Assembly: GCA_963724725.1 (NCBI GenBank)
Contig: CAVRVT010000001.1
Location: 19,945 to 83,944 of the forward strand
Direction of reading: 5' to 3'
Source: an uncultured Acidobacteriota bacterium
GTDB lineage: Bacteria > Acidobacteriota > Vicinamibacteria > Vicinamibacterales > CAVVIG01
DNA: 64,000 nucleotides
The notes under the pieces: generated by a model
Seen by the model: only the letters and a program-made list of their open reading frames with translations
Databases searched by the model: none
What the model was told of the DNA's origin: nothing
Shown here: in pieces, positions 19,389 to 28,920 of the stretch
How positions within the stretch are numbered: position 1 is the stretch's first letter
How the letters are laid out: every line of letters begins with the position of its first letter
Position numbers and translations under genes: made by a program

Positions 19389-20445
19389 TCGCGTAGGGCT
19401 TGATGCCGCGGCCGACGAAGGCGGACATGAGCCGCCGGCGAAGCTCGTTGGCCACGCGGCCCTGGTTGAGCGGCAAGGTCTTGAAACGGACGCGAAGTGT
19501 CGCGGCGCCATCCGCGAGAGACTCGACCCCGAGGACGTCCAGTGGCGAGAGAAGGACAAGCGACCAGACCGGATCCGCGGACATCGACGCCCCGACTTCC
19601 CGCGCGGTCCCGATCACACGGTCGATGTTCTCGTCGTAGGCCACGCGAACGTCCACGATCGCGTAGGCAAAGTGCTTGCTGAGATTCGCCAGCGACGTGA
19701 TCGTCCCGTTCGGAAACACCTGCACGCCGCCCTCGCCGTCGCGCAGGACGACCGTCCGGAGGTTGATCTGCTCGACGCTTCCGGCGACGCCATTGATCCG
19801 CGCGATGTCGCCGACTCGGATCTGGTCTTCGAGGATGATGAAGAAGCCGGAAATGATGTCGCGGACGAGGTTTTGTGCGCCGAAGCCGACCGCCAAGCCC
19901 AAAATCCCAGCGCCGGTGAGGATCGGCACGATGTCGATCGCCAGCTCGTGCAGAATCATCAGCAGCGCGACAAAACCGACGGCGCTCGTCACCAGCCGGA
20001 TGAGCAGTCCACCGAGCGTCATCGCGCGGCGCCGGTATTCCAGGTCGTCCATCGCATGACGGCGCCCCAGCTTGAACTGGAGGTGCTCGATCGCGAGATG
20101 CGCCAGCCGGATCACGATGAACGACCCGACGAGGATAAGGAGCACGTTGATGCCGTGCGTCAGGAACCAGTGGATGACTTGTCGAGGGGTCCACTCGGGC
20201 TCGTCGAGGCCGAACCGCTGGAGCGCGAGCGAGACGGTCGCGAGGACGGCAACCCCGTACACGAGAAGCGTCAACGCACGAACCAGCTGACGCGCCCGTC
20301 CCTGTATGGCTTCGCGGTTGTCATTGCCGACGATGTCCAGGCCGCGGAGAAATCGATCGATCACGACCTGCGCGGCCTTGACGAGTGCCGTCGCCAGCAC
20401 GAACGCAAGCAAAACCGTTCCGACGACTGTGTAGTTGACCTGCAT
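19384..20445 (-). CDS. MscS-family mechanosensitive channel
   Basis: TM helices, then GFGAQNLVRDIISGFFIILEDQIRVGDI. The start overlaps the pyk stop (TGATG). Confidence 0.9.
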   Translation of the reverse strand: MQVNYTVVGTVLLAFVLATALVKAAQVVIDRFLRGLDIVGNDNREAIQGRARQLVRALTLLVYGVAVLATVSLALQRFGLDEPEWTPRQVIHWFLTHGINVLLILVGSFIVIRLAHLAIEHLQFKLGRRHAMDDLEYRRRAMTLGGLLIRLVTSAVGFVALLMILHELAIDIVPILTGAGILGLAVGFGAQNLVRDIISGFFIILEDQIRVGDIARINGVAGSVEQINLRTVVLRDGEGGVQVFPNGTITSLANLSKHFAYAIVDVRVAYDENIDRVIGTAREVGASMSADPVWSLVLLSPLDVLGVESLADGAATLRVRFKTLPLNQGRVANELRRRLMSAFVGRGIKPYAR

Positions 20446-21857
20446 CAGACTCGTTGAATTCTCAGGTAGTTTGCGTCGCTGCGGCGGAGATCCGGGCTGA
20501 CGCTGATGATGACAACGGGGGCGCCCGGGTCGACGATGCCTCGGTCGACGAGCGCTGCCCCGATGCGGGCGCGGGCGTCGTCCAGGTCGTCACCGATGGG
20601 CATCCTGAGCGGCACGACCCCCCACCAGAGCGTCAGGCGTCGCGCCGTGTCCTCCCGCTCGGTCGTCGCGACAATCGGGGCCCTGGGCCGCAACGCCGAC
20701 AGACGTCGCGCGGTGTCACCGCCGCGGGTCACGGCCACGATGGCCTGGGCGTCGCCGCGATCGGCCAGCGTCACGGCGGCCTCGCAGAGGGCCTGCGCGT
20801 GATCGTCGCGACCAACGACGGTCACCGACGGGGTGCCGAACTCGGGGCTCGCCTCCGCTTCGCCGATGATCGCAGCCAGCGTCTGCACCGCCTTGGCCGG
20901 ATAAGCGCCCGCCGCGGTCTCACCCGCCAGCATGATCGCATCCACTCCGTCGTCCACCGCGTTGGCGGCGTCGTTGACCTCCGCGCGAGTGGGGCGTGCT
21001 TCGACGGTCATGGACTCGAGAACCTGGGTCGCGACAATCACCGGAACGCCGGCGCGGCGGGCCTGACGCGTGATCTCTTTCTGAGCACGCGGTACGCGCT
21101 CGAGCGGCATCTCGAGACCGAGGTCGCCGCGCGCGACCATCACGCCGTCAGCGACCTCGAGGATTTGCCCGAGATGCTCGACGGCCTTCGGTCGTTCCAG
21201 CTTGGCCACGATCGGGGTCTCCGCTTTTTGCGCGTCGGCCAGGAGCTGGCGGGCCTGGCGGATGTCCGCCCCCGTCTGGACGAAGCTGAGGGCGACCATG
21301 TCGACGCCAAGCGACAGCCCGAACGACAGATCGTCGATGTCCTTGGCCGTGATCGCCGACGCTGCGAGATCGACCCCTGGCGCATTGATCCCCTTGTGCT
21401 CGCCGATGTCGCCGCCATCGATGACGGTGGTGACGATCTCGGCGCCGTCGGTCGAATCCACGCGCAGCTCGACGAGGCCGTCGGCGATGAGCAACCGGCC
21501 GCCGGGCCGGACGCTCCTCGCCAGCCCCGCGAATGTCGTCGACAGCCGGCCGGGACCACCGACAAAGTCCCCGGTTGCGATCGTCAGCCGATCACCCGCC
21601 TGGACGTGGATGGGCCGGTGGTTCGCAAGGGCCCCCGTGCGGATTTTCGGCCCGCCGAGGTCCTGAAGGATGGCCACTTCACGCCGTGCCCGTGATGCGG
21701 CAGCCCTGATGCGGTTGAACGTCGTCGCGTGCGACTCATGCGTCCCATGAGAAAAGTTGAGGCGGAAAATGTCGGCGCCGCCGGCGATGAGCGCGTCGAG
21801 CACTTCGTCGGAGTCGCTGGCGGGCCCGACCGTCGCGATGATCTTCGTATGGCGCAA
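20445..21857 (-). CDS. pyk: pyruvate kinase
   Basis: MRHTKIIATVGPAS...FRLNFSHG...ILQDLGGPKIRTG...MVARGDLGLEMP. Confidence 0.95.
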   Translation of the reverse strand: MRHTKIIATVGPASDSDEVLDALIAGGADIFRLNFSHGTHESHATTFNRIRAAASRARREVAILQDLGGPKIRTGALANHRPIHVQAGDRLTIATGDFVGGPGRLSTTFAGLARSVRPGGRLLIADGLVELRVDSTDGAEIVTTVIDGGDIGEHKGINAPGVDLAASAITAKDIDDLSFGLSLGVDMVALSFVQTGADIRQARQLLADAQKAETPIVAKLERPKAVEHLGQILEVADGVMVARGDLGLEMPLERVPRAQKEITRQARRAGVPVIVATQVLESMTVEARPTRAEVNDAANAVDDGVDAIMLAGETAAGAYPAKAVQTLAAIIGEAEASPEFGTPSVTVVGRDDHAQALCEAAVTLADRGDAQAIVAVTRGGDTARRLSALRPRAPIVATTEREDTARRLTLWWGVVPLRMPIGDDLDDARARIGAALVDRGIVDPGAPVVIISVSPDLRRSDANYLRIQRV

Positions 21858-21879
21858 TTTACTCCACTAGAATACCGCG

Positions 21880-22548
21880 ATGGGTCTGATCGTACCCGAC
21901 GCGATCGAAGGGTACCTCGCGAACCTGAACCGGGGCGCCGACGCGCTGCTGCGGGACATCGCCCGCAAGGGCGTCGAGCGGAAGCTGCCGCTGGTGGACG
22001 CGGAAGTGGGCGCGCTGCTCCGCGTGCTCGCGACTGCAGTCGTGGCGCGCACGATCCTCGAAATCGGCACAGCCGTCGGTTACTCGGGAATCTGGCTCGC
22101 GGGCGCGCTGCCGCCGGACGGCATGCTGATGACGATGGAAAAGGATCCCGAGCGCGGCCGCGAAGCGCAGGAGAATTTCAAGGCTGCAGGCCTGGCGAAT
22201 CGCGTGAGCGTCATCATGGGCGACGCCCAGCGAATGATCGCAAAGGTCGCCGGCCCCTTCGATCTCATCTTTCAGGATGGCGACAAGCAGCTGTACGTGC
22301 CAATGCTCGAACGTCTGGTCGCGCTGTTGCGTCCCGGAGGGTTGCTCGTGACCGACAACGTCCTCTGGGACGGCAAGGTGGTTCCCGGCTTCACGGCGGG
22401 GAGCGCGATGGCTTCAGCCGAGCGGGCTGATGACGAGAGCACGCGTGCGATTGCCGAGTACAACGAACGCGTGGCCGCACATCCAGCGTTGCTGACAACG
22501 GTCGTTCCGCTCCGTGACGGCGTCTCGATCTCGGTGAAGCGCGTATGA
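21880..22548 (+). CDS. class I SAM-dependent O-methyltransferase (family 3, caffeoyl-CoA OMT-like)
   Basis: ILEIGTAVGYSGIWLA...FDLIFQDGDKQLY...LRPGGLLVTDNVLW. Confidence 0.85.
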   Translation: MGLIVPDAIEGYLANLNRGADALLRDIARKGVERKLPLVDAEVGALLRVLATAVVARTILEIGTAVGYSGIWLAGALPPDGMLMTMEKDPERGREAQENFKAAGLANRVSVIMGDAQRMIAKVAGPFDLIFQDGDKQLYVPMLERLVALLRPGGLLVTDNVLWDGKVVPGFTAGSAMASAERADDESTRAIAEYNERVAAHPALLTTVVPLRDGVSISVKRV

Positions 22549-22712
22549 CCGTCGCTTCCTGGCTCGAGTCGGCGCTGGCCGACGCTGACCGCCGCGGCCT
22601 GCCCGAGCTGAAGGCCCTGCTCGAAACGCTCGCGCGGGCGACCCAGGCGCTGCGCGCCGCCGACTTCAACGACAACGCGGCGGCACCGCGCCCATCGTTC
22701 TCACCCAGATGA
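22545..22712 (+). CDS. 55-codon micro-ORF translationally coupled at both ends; possible GatC/AtzG-like small partner of the amidase (speculative)
   Basis: It is not in the supplied track (<60 aa). ATG 22545 overlaps the OMT stop (ATGA) and its TGA overlaps the amidase ATG (ATGA). It encodes MTVASWLESALADADRRGLPELKALLETLARATQALRAADFNDNAAAPRPSFSPR with strong GC3 bias. Confidence 0.55.
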   Translation: MTVASWLESALADADRRGLPELKALLETLARATQALRAADFNDNAAAPRPSFSPR

Positions 22713-24046
22713 TCGGCATCGAGGATTTCGGCCGGCGCTTGCGCGCGCACGAGACGACCGCTGTTCACGCGGTCGAGGCGTGCCTGCGCCGCATCGAGGA
22801 AACGCGGTCGCTCAACGCCTTCACGCTCGTGATGGCCGACGAGGCGGTTCGGCAGGCCCGGGAACTCGACACCGAGCTCACGGCCGGCCGCGATCGTGGG
22901 CCGCTCCACGGCGTGCCGATCACCATCAAGGACATCCTCGACATCCGCGGTGTCCCGACGACCGCGGCGTCCCGCGTGCGCCAGGGTCACGTCGCGGCTC
23001 GCGACTGTCAGGCGGTCACGCACCTGCGGCAAGCCGGCGCGATCGTCGTCGGCAAGACCAACCTCCACGAGTTCGCGTTCGGCACGACGAACGAGGATTC
23101 GTCGTTCGGACCGGCACGCAATCCCCACGACGAGACCCGGTCTCCCGGAGGATCGAGCGGCGGGTCGGGCGCCAGCCTGGCCGCCGGCGTCGGATTCGCA
23201 ACGATCGGGACCGACACTGGCGGATCGATTCGCATTCCGGCCGGCGTGTGCGGCCTCGTCGGCCTCAAGCCGACGCTCGGCGAGGTGTCCGTCGAGGGGG
23301 TTGTTCCGCTGTCTCGAACGATGGACCACGTGGGGCCGCTGGCCCACAGCGTCGCCGACGCATGCCTTGTCTACCACGCGCTGCTCGGCGATCCGACGAA
23401 GCGTCCGCCGGCGCCGGTGCCGATGCACAACCTGCGGCTCGCGGTCCTGCGTCCGTACTTCTGCGATCTGCTCGACGACGAGGTGCGCGGATCGTTCGAG
23501 CGCGCGCTGGAACGGCTGCGCCGCGCAGGCGCACACGTCGACGACATCGAAATCCATCACGCGGCCGACATCGGTCCCGTGTACCTGCATCTCGTGCTGA
23601 GCGACGCCGCGGCCTACCATGCGGCAACCCTCGAGGCGGTGCCCGAGCGATACACGCCCGCCGTGCGGCTCCGGCTCGAAATGGGTCGGTACATCCTTGC
23701 CGAAGATTACGTGCGCGCGCTCGCCGGCCGGGCGCTGCTCACGCGGGAAGTGGACGCGGCGCTCGCCCAGCACGACGCGCTCGTGTTGCCCACGCTGCCG
23801 ATACCCGCGCCAACGATTGGTGCCGCGACGGTCGACCTCGGCGGCCGGCAGGAACCGGTCCGCAACGCGATGCTGCGGCTGACGCAGCTCTTCGACGTCA
23901 CGGGTCACCCGGCGATCTCGATACCGTCCGAGCCCACAAAAGCAGGACTGCCTGTCGGCGTCCAACTCGTGGGAGGGCGTCATCAAACGGACGCGCTGCT
24001 AAGTGTCGCGCTCGCCTGCGAGCGATTCATCACGACGCTCGGCTAA
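22709..24046 (+). CDS. amidase-signature family amidase (GatA-like)
   Basis: PLHGVPITIKD...GGSSGGSGASLAAG...GTDTGGSIRIPA. Confidence 0.9.
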   Translation: MIGIEDFGRRLRAHETTAVHAVEACLRRIEETRSLNAFTLVMADEAVRQARELDTELTAGRDRGPLHGVPITIKDILDIRGVPTTAASRVRQGHVAARDCQAVTHLRQAGAIVVGKTNLHEFAFGTTNEDSSFGPARNPHDETRSPGGSSGGSGASLAAGVGFATIGTDTGGSIRIPAGVCGLVGLKPTLGEVSVEGVVPLSRTMDHVGPLAHSVADACLVYHALLGDPTKRPPAPVPMHNLRLAVLRPYFCDLLDDEVRGSFERALERLRRAGAHVDDIEIHHAADIGPVYLHLVLSDAAAYHAATLEAVPERYTPAVRLRLEMGRYILAEDYVRALAGRALLTREVDAALAQHDALVLPTLPIPAPTIGAATVDLGGRQEPVRNAMLRLTQLFDVTGHPAISIPSEPTKAGLPVGVQLVGGRHQTDALLSVALACERFITTLG

Positions 24047-24059
24047 AGCCTCGCGCTCC
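24035..24059 (+). repeat. dispersed element copy 3 (2 mismatches), overlapping the amidase stop; followed by an imperfect hairpin
   Basis: ACGCTCGGCTAAAGCCTCGCGCTCC versus consensus ACGCTCGGCCGAAGCCTCGCGCTCC. AAGCCTCGCGCTCC-N11-GGAGGGCGAGCCTT follows. A partial fourth copy lies at 24101-24124. Confidence 0.5.
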
Positions 24060-24125
24060 TTGACCCGTACGGAGGGCGAGCCTTCAGGCGAGCCGACGTC
24101 GCACGGCCGAAGCCTTCGCGCGCCT

Positions 24126-25916
24126 TCAAACGTCAAGCCCGACCGCCCGCATCAGCGCGAGCGCGTTGCTGTGCTCGACGACGCCCGGTCGCATCCGGTA
24201 GTCGAACGTCATGCGCCCATCCTCCAACCGATCCTCGAAGTGCATGTTGACGGCAACGTCCCCGAGCCGCTCGGGCAACGCCGTCAACGCGAGGTCGTGC
24301 GTCGTCACGAGCCCGATCGCGCCGAGCCGGGCGAGCGCCCGGACGATCGCTTCGGCGCCGATGCGGCGGTCGTAGGAATTCGTCCCATGCAGGATTTCGT
24401 CGAGGAGAAACAGCGTCGCGCGCCGCGATCCCGCATCCCGCGCGGCCTGGACGATGTCGCGAATGCGGAGAATCTCGGCGTAGAACCGCGAGTGCCCCGC
24501 CTGCAGCGAGTCCTCCACTTTGAGCGTCGCACCAATCGCGAGCGGCGACAGTGTCAGCTCGGTCGCGCGAACCGGCGCGCCGGTTTGCGCGAGCACGACG
24601 TTCACGCCCACGGAGCGCAGCAGCGTGCTCTTTCCCGACATGTTCGACCCGCTGATGACGAGGATTCCCGGAGCACCGCCACCCAGCACGACGTCGTTGC
24701 GCACCGACACCTCGTCGATCATCAGCGGATGGCCGAGGGCTCGCGCGACGAGCAGCGGTCCGCTTTCCGCGAGTGTGGGAAACGGATCCTGTGGATGTTC
24801 GAACGCGTACGTTCCGATGGCCGACAACGCTTCCAGCTCGCCGATGGCTTTCAGCCAGAGCACGACGCGGGGGCCGTACGCGGCATGCCACCTGTCGATC
24901 GCCACGGCGAGCTGCTGTGGCAGAAGGAGCGCCAGCGCGATGGGCGCGAACATCTGGTTGCGCGTCGAATCGAGCCAGGACACGAGGCGTCTGAGCTGCG
25001 CGATACGGCGCGACGGCGACACGCCGTCGGTGACGAACACGGCCTTCAGCTCCGTGAGTCTCGGCGCGGACACACGCTCGGATTCGATACGGGACAGCAG
25101 TCCGCCAACGAGCGCGAGGTCGCGATCCGGTGTCGCGATTCGGGACAGGACGAGGTGAACCTGGCGGCGCCAGACGAGCGCAATCAACGATTCGGCCAGG
25201 AGCCAGATGATCCACCACCGGGCCGCGAGTCGCTCGTTCAGGACCAGCCACGTCACCGCGGCCATCGTCACACCGGAAGTTGCGAGCGCGGCCTGCGCGA
25301 TCCGCGTCAGGCCCGCCGGCGCCGCGGCCGCCCACGAAGCGAGGCTGCCGGTCCGGCTCACCTCGCTCTCGGCCGCGAGCACCGCGAGGTCCTCGCGAAA
25401 ATCGATCTTCTCCCGTAGCTCCGCTGCGGCGGTCTGCCGCGCGCCGATCTCCGGAATCGACGCTGGGGCGCGCAGCCAGTCGGCAAGCGTTTCGTCGCCC
25501 GCCTCGGTGCTCGCAGTGTTCAAGAGCTCGAAGACGGAGCCGCGGCCGAAGAGGTCGAGATCTCTCGCGTATGGATGGTGATCGAGGAACCGCGTCCCGT
25601 TCCGGCCCTTCCCCATCCAGGACCCCCCGAGCCGATCGAGCCCGCGGACATACCAGCGTTCGGCGCGGTGCGCTCGCTCGCGTCGTTCGAGAATCCGCGC
25701 GTGGATGACCATCAGCGCGAGAAAGACGGCCGCGATGCCGAGGATCCACACCGGTGAGATGACGTTGCGGGCAAACGCCAGCCAGCACGCGATTGCGGCG
25801 GCGCCGGCCGTCACGAGCCGGAGGTTCGACACGCGAAGGTGCGCAGCGTCGAGCGCGATGATTCGGGCGCGCCAGGCGTCGAGACGCCGGTCGTACTCGG
25901 CGCGCGGATCGCTCAC
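24126..25916 (-). CDS. MutS-related ATPase (MutS domain V only) with N-terminal TM segments
   Basis: Hydrophobic N-terminal helices. SGSNMSGKSTLLRSVG Walker A; LFLLDEILHGTN; TTHDL. No mismatch-binding domain. Confidence 0.85.
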   Translation of the reverse strand: MSDPRAEYDRRLDAWRARIIALDAAHLRVSNLRLVTAGAAAIACWLAFARNVISPVWILGIAAVFLALMVIHARILERRERAHRAERWYVRGLDRLGGSWMGKGRNGTRFLDHHPYARDLDLFGRGSVFELLNTASTEAGDETLADWLRAPASIPEIGARQTAAAELREKIDFREDLAVLAAESEVSRTGSLASWAAAAPAGLTRIAQAALATSGVTMAAVTWLVLNERLAARWWIIWLLAESLIALVWRRQVHLVLSRIATPDRDLALVGGLLSRIESERVSAPRLTELKAVFVTDGVSPSRRIAQLRRLVSWLDSTRNQMFAPIALALLLPQQLAVAIDRWHAAYGPRVVLWLKAIGELEALSAIGTYAFEHPQDPFPTLAESGPLLVARALGHPLMIDEVSVRNDVVLGGGAPGILVISGSNMSGKSTLLRSVGVNVVLAQTGAPVRATELTLSPLAIGATLKVEDSLQAGHSRFYAEILRIRDIVQAARDAGSRRATLFLLDEILHGTNSYDRRIGAEAIVRALARLGAIGLVTTHDLALTALPERLGDVAVNMHFEDRLEDGRMTFDYRMRPGVVEHSNALALMRAVGLDV

Positions 25917-25920
25917 GGCA

Positions 25921-26937
25921 TCACGCAGGCGGCGCCTTCACGAGCGCGCGCGCCAGGGCCACATAGTGATCGACCGCGTCGGTGAGCTCCGTGATCGTGA
26001 CGTATTCGTCCGCCGTGTGGGCGAGGTGAATCGAACCGGGTCCAAACAGCAGGGGTTCCCCCCAGGCCGAGAGGAACGGAATATCCGTCGTGAACGGAAA
26101 CACCGAGGTCTCGAATCCGGGAACGCCCCTGAGTCGCACGGGCGGAACTTCCAGCACGTCCTCGATCGCCACGCGCGACCCGAGGACCTTCACCGCGCGC
26201 CGGATGGCGTCGGCGTCGCTCACGGTGCGGAACATGACCTCTGCCTCGGCGGCGGGCGACACGACGTTGGGCGCCACGCCGCCGGCGATGAGCCCGACCG
26301 TGTAATGCGTACGCCCGAGCAGCGGATCCGAGGGCAGCTGGATCGATCGGAGCTCGACGAGCGCGTCGAGCAACTTGTCAATCGCCGACTCACCGAGCTC
26401 CGGGAACGACGAATGCGCTGCGCGGCCGATCGCACGAAGCTTCAGCCGGAGCACGCCGCGCGTCGCGAGGCCGAGGCGATTGTCGGTCGGTTCACCGTCG
26501 ATGAGAAAGCGCGATTTGTTGGCGAACTTGTTGGCCTCGGACGCGCCGTCGCTCCCGCGTTCTTCGCCGACGACGAACACGAGGCCCACGCGGCTTTCGC
26601 CTTCGCGCCGCAGCCGGTCGGCCGCCGCCACCATCGCGGCAAGGATGCCCTTCGCATCGCACGAACCACGACCGTGAATCCGCTCGCCGGAGACACGACT
26701 GGGAAAGAACGGTGGCACGCAGTCGAAGTGCGTCGAGAAGACGACGAGTGGATCCGCGACCGTCGCGATCACGTTGAATCGCGTCGTGTCGACACGTTGT
26801 TCCGTCACGGCAAAGCCGCGTCCCCGGAGGTAGTCGGCGAGCCAGCGTCCGGCGTCGCCTTCGCGGCCCGTGGTCGAGTCGATGTCCACGAGCGCGCGCG
26901 TCAGCGCGACGACGTCGACGCGTTCTACCGAATCCAC
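25921..26937 (-). CDS. M20-family metallohydrolase (ArgE/DapE-type; succinyl-DAP desuccinylase by context)
   Basis: LVDIDSTTGRE...FSTHFDCVP...GRGSCDAKG...VVGEERGSDG. GTG 26937 overlaps the dapD end by 13 nt; the track start at 27015 is probably too long. Confidence 0.8.
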   Translation of the reverse strand: MDSVERVDVVALTRALVDIDSTTGREGDAGRWLADYLRGRGFAVTEQRVDTTRFNVIATVADPLVVFSTHFDCVPPFFPSRVSGERIHGRGSCDAKGILAAMVAAADRLRREGESRVGLVFVVGEERGSDGASEANKFANKSRFLIDGEPTDNRLGLATRGVLRLKLRAIGRAAHSSFPELGESAIDKLLDALVELRSIQLPSDPLLGRTHYTVGLIAGGVAPNVVSPAAEAEVMFRTVSDADAIRRAVKVLGSRVAIEDVLEVPPVRLRGVPGFETSVFPFTTDIPFLSAWGEPLLFGPGSIHLAHTADEYVTITELTDAVDHYVALARALVKAPPA

Positions 26938-27779
26938 GCCTCGAGCTCCGTCCGCGTGTCCGTTCGGGAATCCCGGTACTTGACGATGACAGGTGTGGAC
27001 AGCGCGAGCCCCCACTCGGGCCCCTTGCCCGCCGTCACGGCTCGCGCGCCGGGCACGACGACGGCGCCCTCGGGCACGATGAGCGGGCGATCGGCGGTCG
27101 GCCTGATGATCTCGCCCTTGACCAGATCATAGACAGGCGTGGATCCCGTCAGCACCGTCCCCGCGCCGACGACGGCTCGCGATTTGATCACCGCGCCTTC
27201 GTAAATGCCCGTGTTGCCTCCAACAAGCGCATCGTCCTCCACGATCACGGGCAGCGCGCCGACCGGTTCGATGACGCCGCCAATCTGCGCGCCCGCGCTC
27301 ACGTGGACGCGCGCGCCCACCTGTGCGCACGACCCGACGAGGGCGTGCGAGTCAATCATCGTGCCTTCGCCGACCCACGCACCGATGTTGACGTACATCG
27401 GCGGCATGCAGATGACGCCGCGGGCGATGTACGCACCGTCACGAATCGCCGATCCACCTGGGACGATGCGAATGCCCGCCTGCGCGCCAGCATCGAACGT
27501 TCGAACGGGCAGCGTGTCCTTGTCGAAGAAGGGCTCGGACCGCTCGCGGTGGCTGAGCGACATGTCCACCGTCACGCCGAACCTGAAGCCGAGCAGGATA
27601 CCCTGCTTCACCCACGTGTTGACGCGCCAGCCCGTGGGGCTCGACGCGTCCGGCTCCGCCGCGCGCACGTCGCCAGCGGAGAGCGCCGCGCGCAGCGCGG
27701 CGAACGCGCGCCGTCCTTCGTCGGCGTCCGCCGACGACCCTGCCGCGGCGAGGGCTTCGATGCGAGATTGCAGGGTCAC
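26925..27779 (-). CDS. dapD: 2,3,4,5-tetrahydropyridine-2,6-dicarboxylate N-succinyltransferase
   Basis: GWRVNTWVKQGILLGFRFG followed by hexapeptide-repeat (LbH) region. Confidence 0.9.
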   Translation of the reverse strand: MTLQSRIEALAAAGSSADADEGRRAFAALRAALSAGDVRAAEPDASSPTGWRVNTWVKQGILLGFRFGVTVDMSLSHRERSEPFFDKDTLPVRTFDAGAQAGIRIVPGGSAIRDGAYIARGVICMPPMYVNIGAWVGEGTMIDSHALVGSCAQVGARVHVSAGAQIGGVIEPVGALPVIVEDDALVGGNTGIYEGAVIKSRAVVGAGTVLTGSTPVYDLVKGEIIRPTADRPLIVPEGAVVVPGARAVTAGKGPEWGLALSTPVIVKYRDSRTDTRTELEAWIR

Positions 27780-27795
27780 GAGGCTGCCGACGCGA

Positions 27796-28713
27796 TCACG
27801 CGAACGCGGCCTTCAAGAGACTCAGCTCTTTCAGGATCTCAACGAGCTTCTGGCGCGACTCGGCTTTCGGCGGGCACATCGGGAGGCGATAGTGCTCGTC
27901 GAGCAGACCCATGGCGGCCATCGCCGCCTTCACCGGAATCGGGTTCGCCTCGATGAAATTGCCGAGCATCAGCGGCAGGATGCGCGTGTGGATCGCGCGT
28001 GCGCCGGCGAAATCGCCGCGCTCCGCGGCCTCGACCATCGCGACCATCTCCGAGGGAATCTCGTTCGACGCCACCGAAATGATCCCGCGGCCGCCAATCG
28101 CCATCAGCGGCAGCGTCAGCGCGTCGTCGCCCGAGAGCACGATGAAGCCTTCGGGAACCGCGCGGCAGATCTCGCACATCTGCGTCACGTTGCCCGACGC
28201 TTCCTTGACGCCGATGATGTTGGGGATGGGCGCCAGCCGCACGAGCGTCGCCACTTCGACGTTCACACCGGTGCGGCCAGGGACGTTGTAGACCACGATC
28301 GGCAGCGGCGTGCTCTCGGCGATCGCCTTATAGTGCTGATACAAGCCTTCCTGTGACGGCTTGTTGTAGTACGGCGCAACCGACAGAAGGCCGGCCGCGC
28401 CCGCACCCCGCATCAGCTCCGCCGTGTGGATGACCTCTTTGGTGTCGTACCCGCCGGCACCCGCGAGAATCGGGATGCCGCCGATGACACCCCCGGAGCC
28501 TTTCGCTTCGTCCGCGAGAATCTCGACGATACGAACACGTTCGCTGTCGGTCAGCGTGGGGTTCTCGCCCGTCGTGCCGCACGGACACAGAAAATGGACG
28601 CCCGCGTCGATCTGCCGCCGCGCGAGGCGACGGACCGCGGATTCGTCGAGCGCGCCGTTCTTTGTGAACGGCGTGACGAGCGCCGTGCCGACACCGGTGA
28701 ATGACGTTCGCAT
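27796..28713 (-). CDS. dapA: 4-hydroxy-tetrahydrodipicolinate synthase
   Basis: GVGTALVTPF...GTTGE..TLT..E...VVYNVPGRTG...GVKEASG. Start at MRTSF (28713) with GGAG 9 nt upstream. Confidence 0.95.
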   Translation of the reverse strand: MRTSFTGVGTALVTPFTKNGALDESAVRRLARRQIDAGVHFLCPCGTTGENPTLTDSERVRIVEILADEAKGSGGVIGGIPILAGAGGYDTKEVIHTAELMRGAGAAGLLSVAPYYNKPSQEGLYQHYKAIAESTPLPIVVYNVPGRTGVNVEVATLVRLAPIPNIIGVKEASGNVTQMCEICRAVPEGFIVLSGDDALTLPLMAIGGRGIISVASNEIPSEMVAMVEAAERGDFAGARAIHTRILPLMLGNFIEANPIPVKAAMAAMGLLDEHYRLPMCPPKAESRQKLVEILKELSLLKAAFA

Positions 28714-28726
28714 ACTGGACTCCACT

Positions 28727-28918
28727 TTTTCCAATGGCGATGGGGCCCCACCCCCATCGCGTAACTTACGCTGATGCCTCGCTCGAGCTTCTCAGGCTCT
28801 CACTCGGCATGGCCGCAGGCGCTTTTCCACTGGCGCTGGGGCCCTCACCCTCATCGCGTTCTTGCGCTGATGCTTCGTCGCGGCTCTGCAGGCCGCTCCT
28901 CGGCATGGCCGCAGGCGG
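28727..28918. repeat. 2 x 96-nt tandem repeat (~80% identical) in the dapB-dapA spacer, each unit with a GC-rich hairpin
   Basis: Unit A is 28727-28822 and unit B is 28823-28918. In unit A, GCGATGGGG...CCCCATCGC forms a 9-bp stem. Both units end in CGGCATGGCCGCAGGCG. Confidence 0.8.
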
Positions 28919-28920
28919 CC

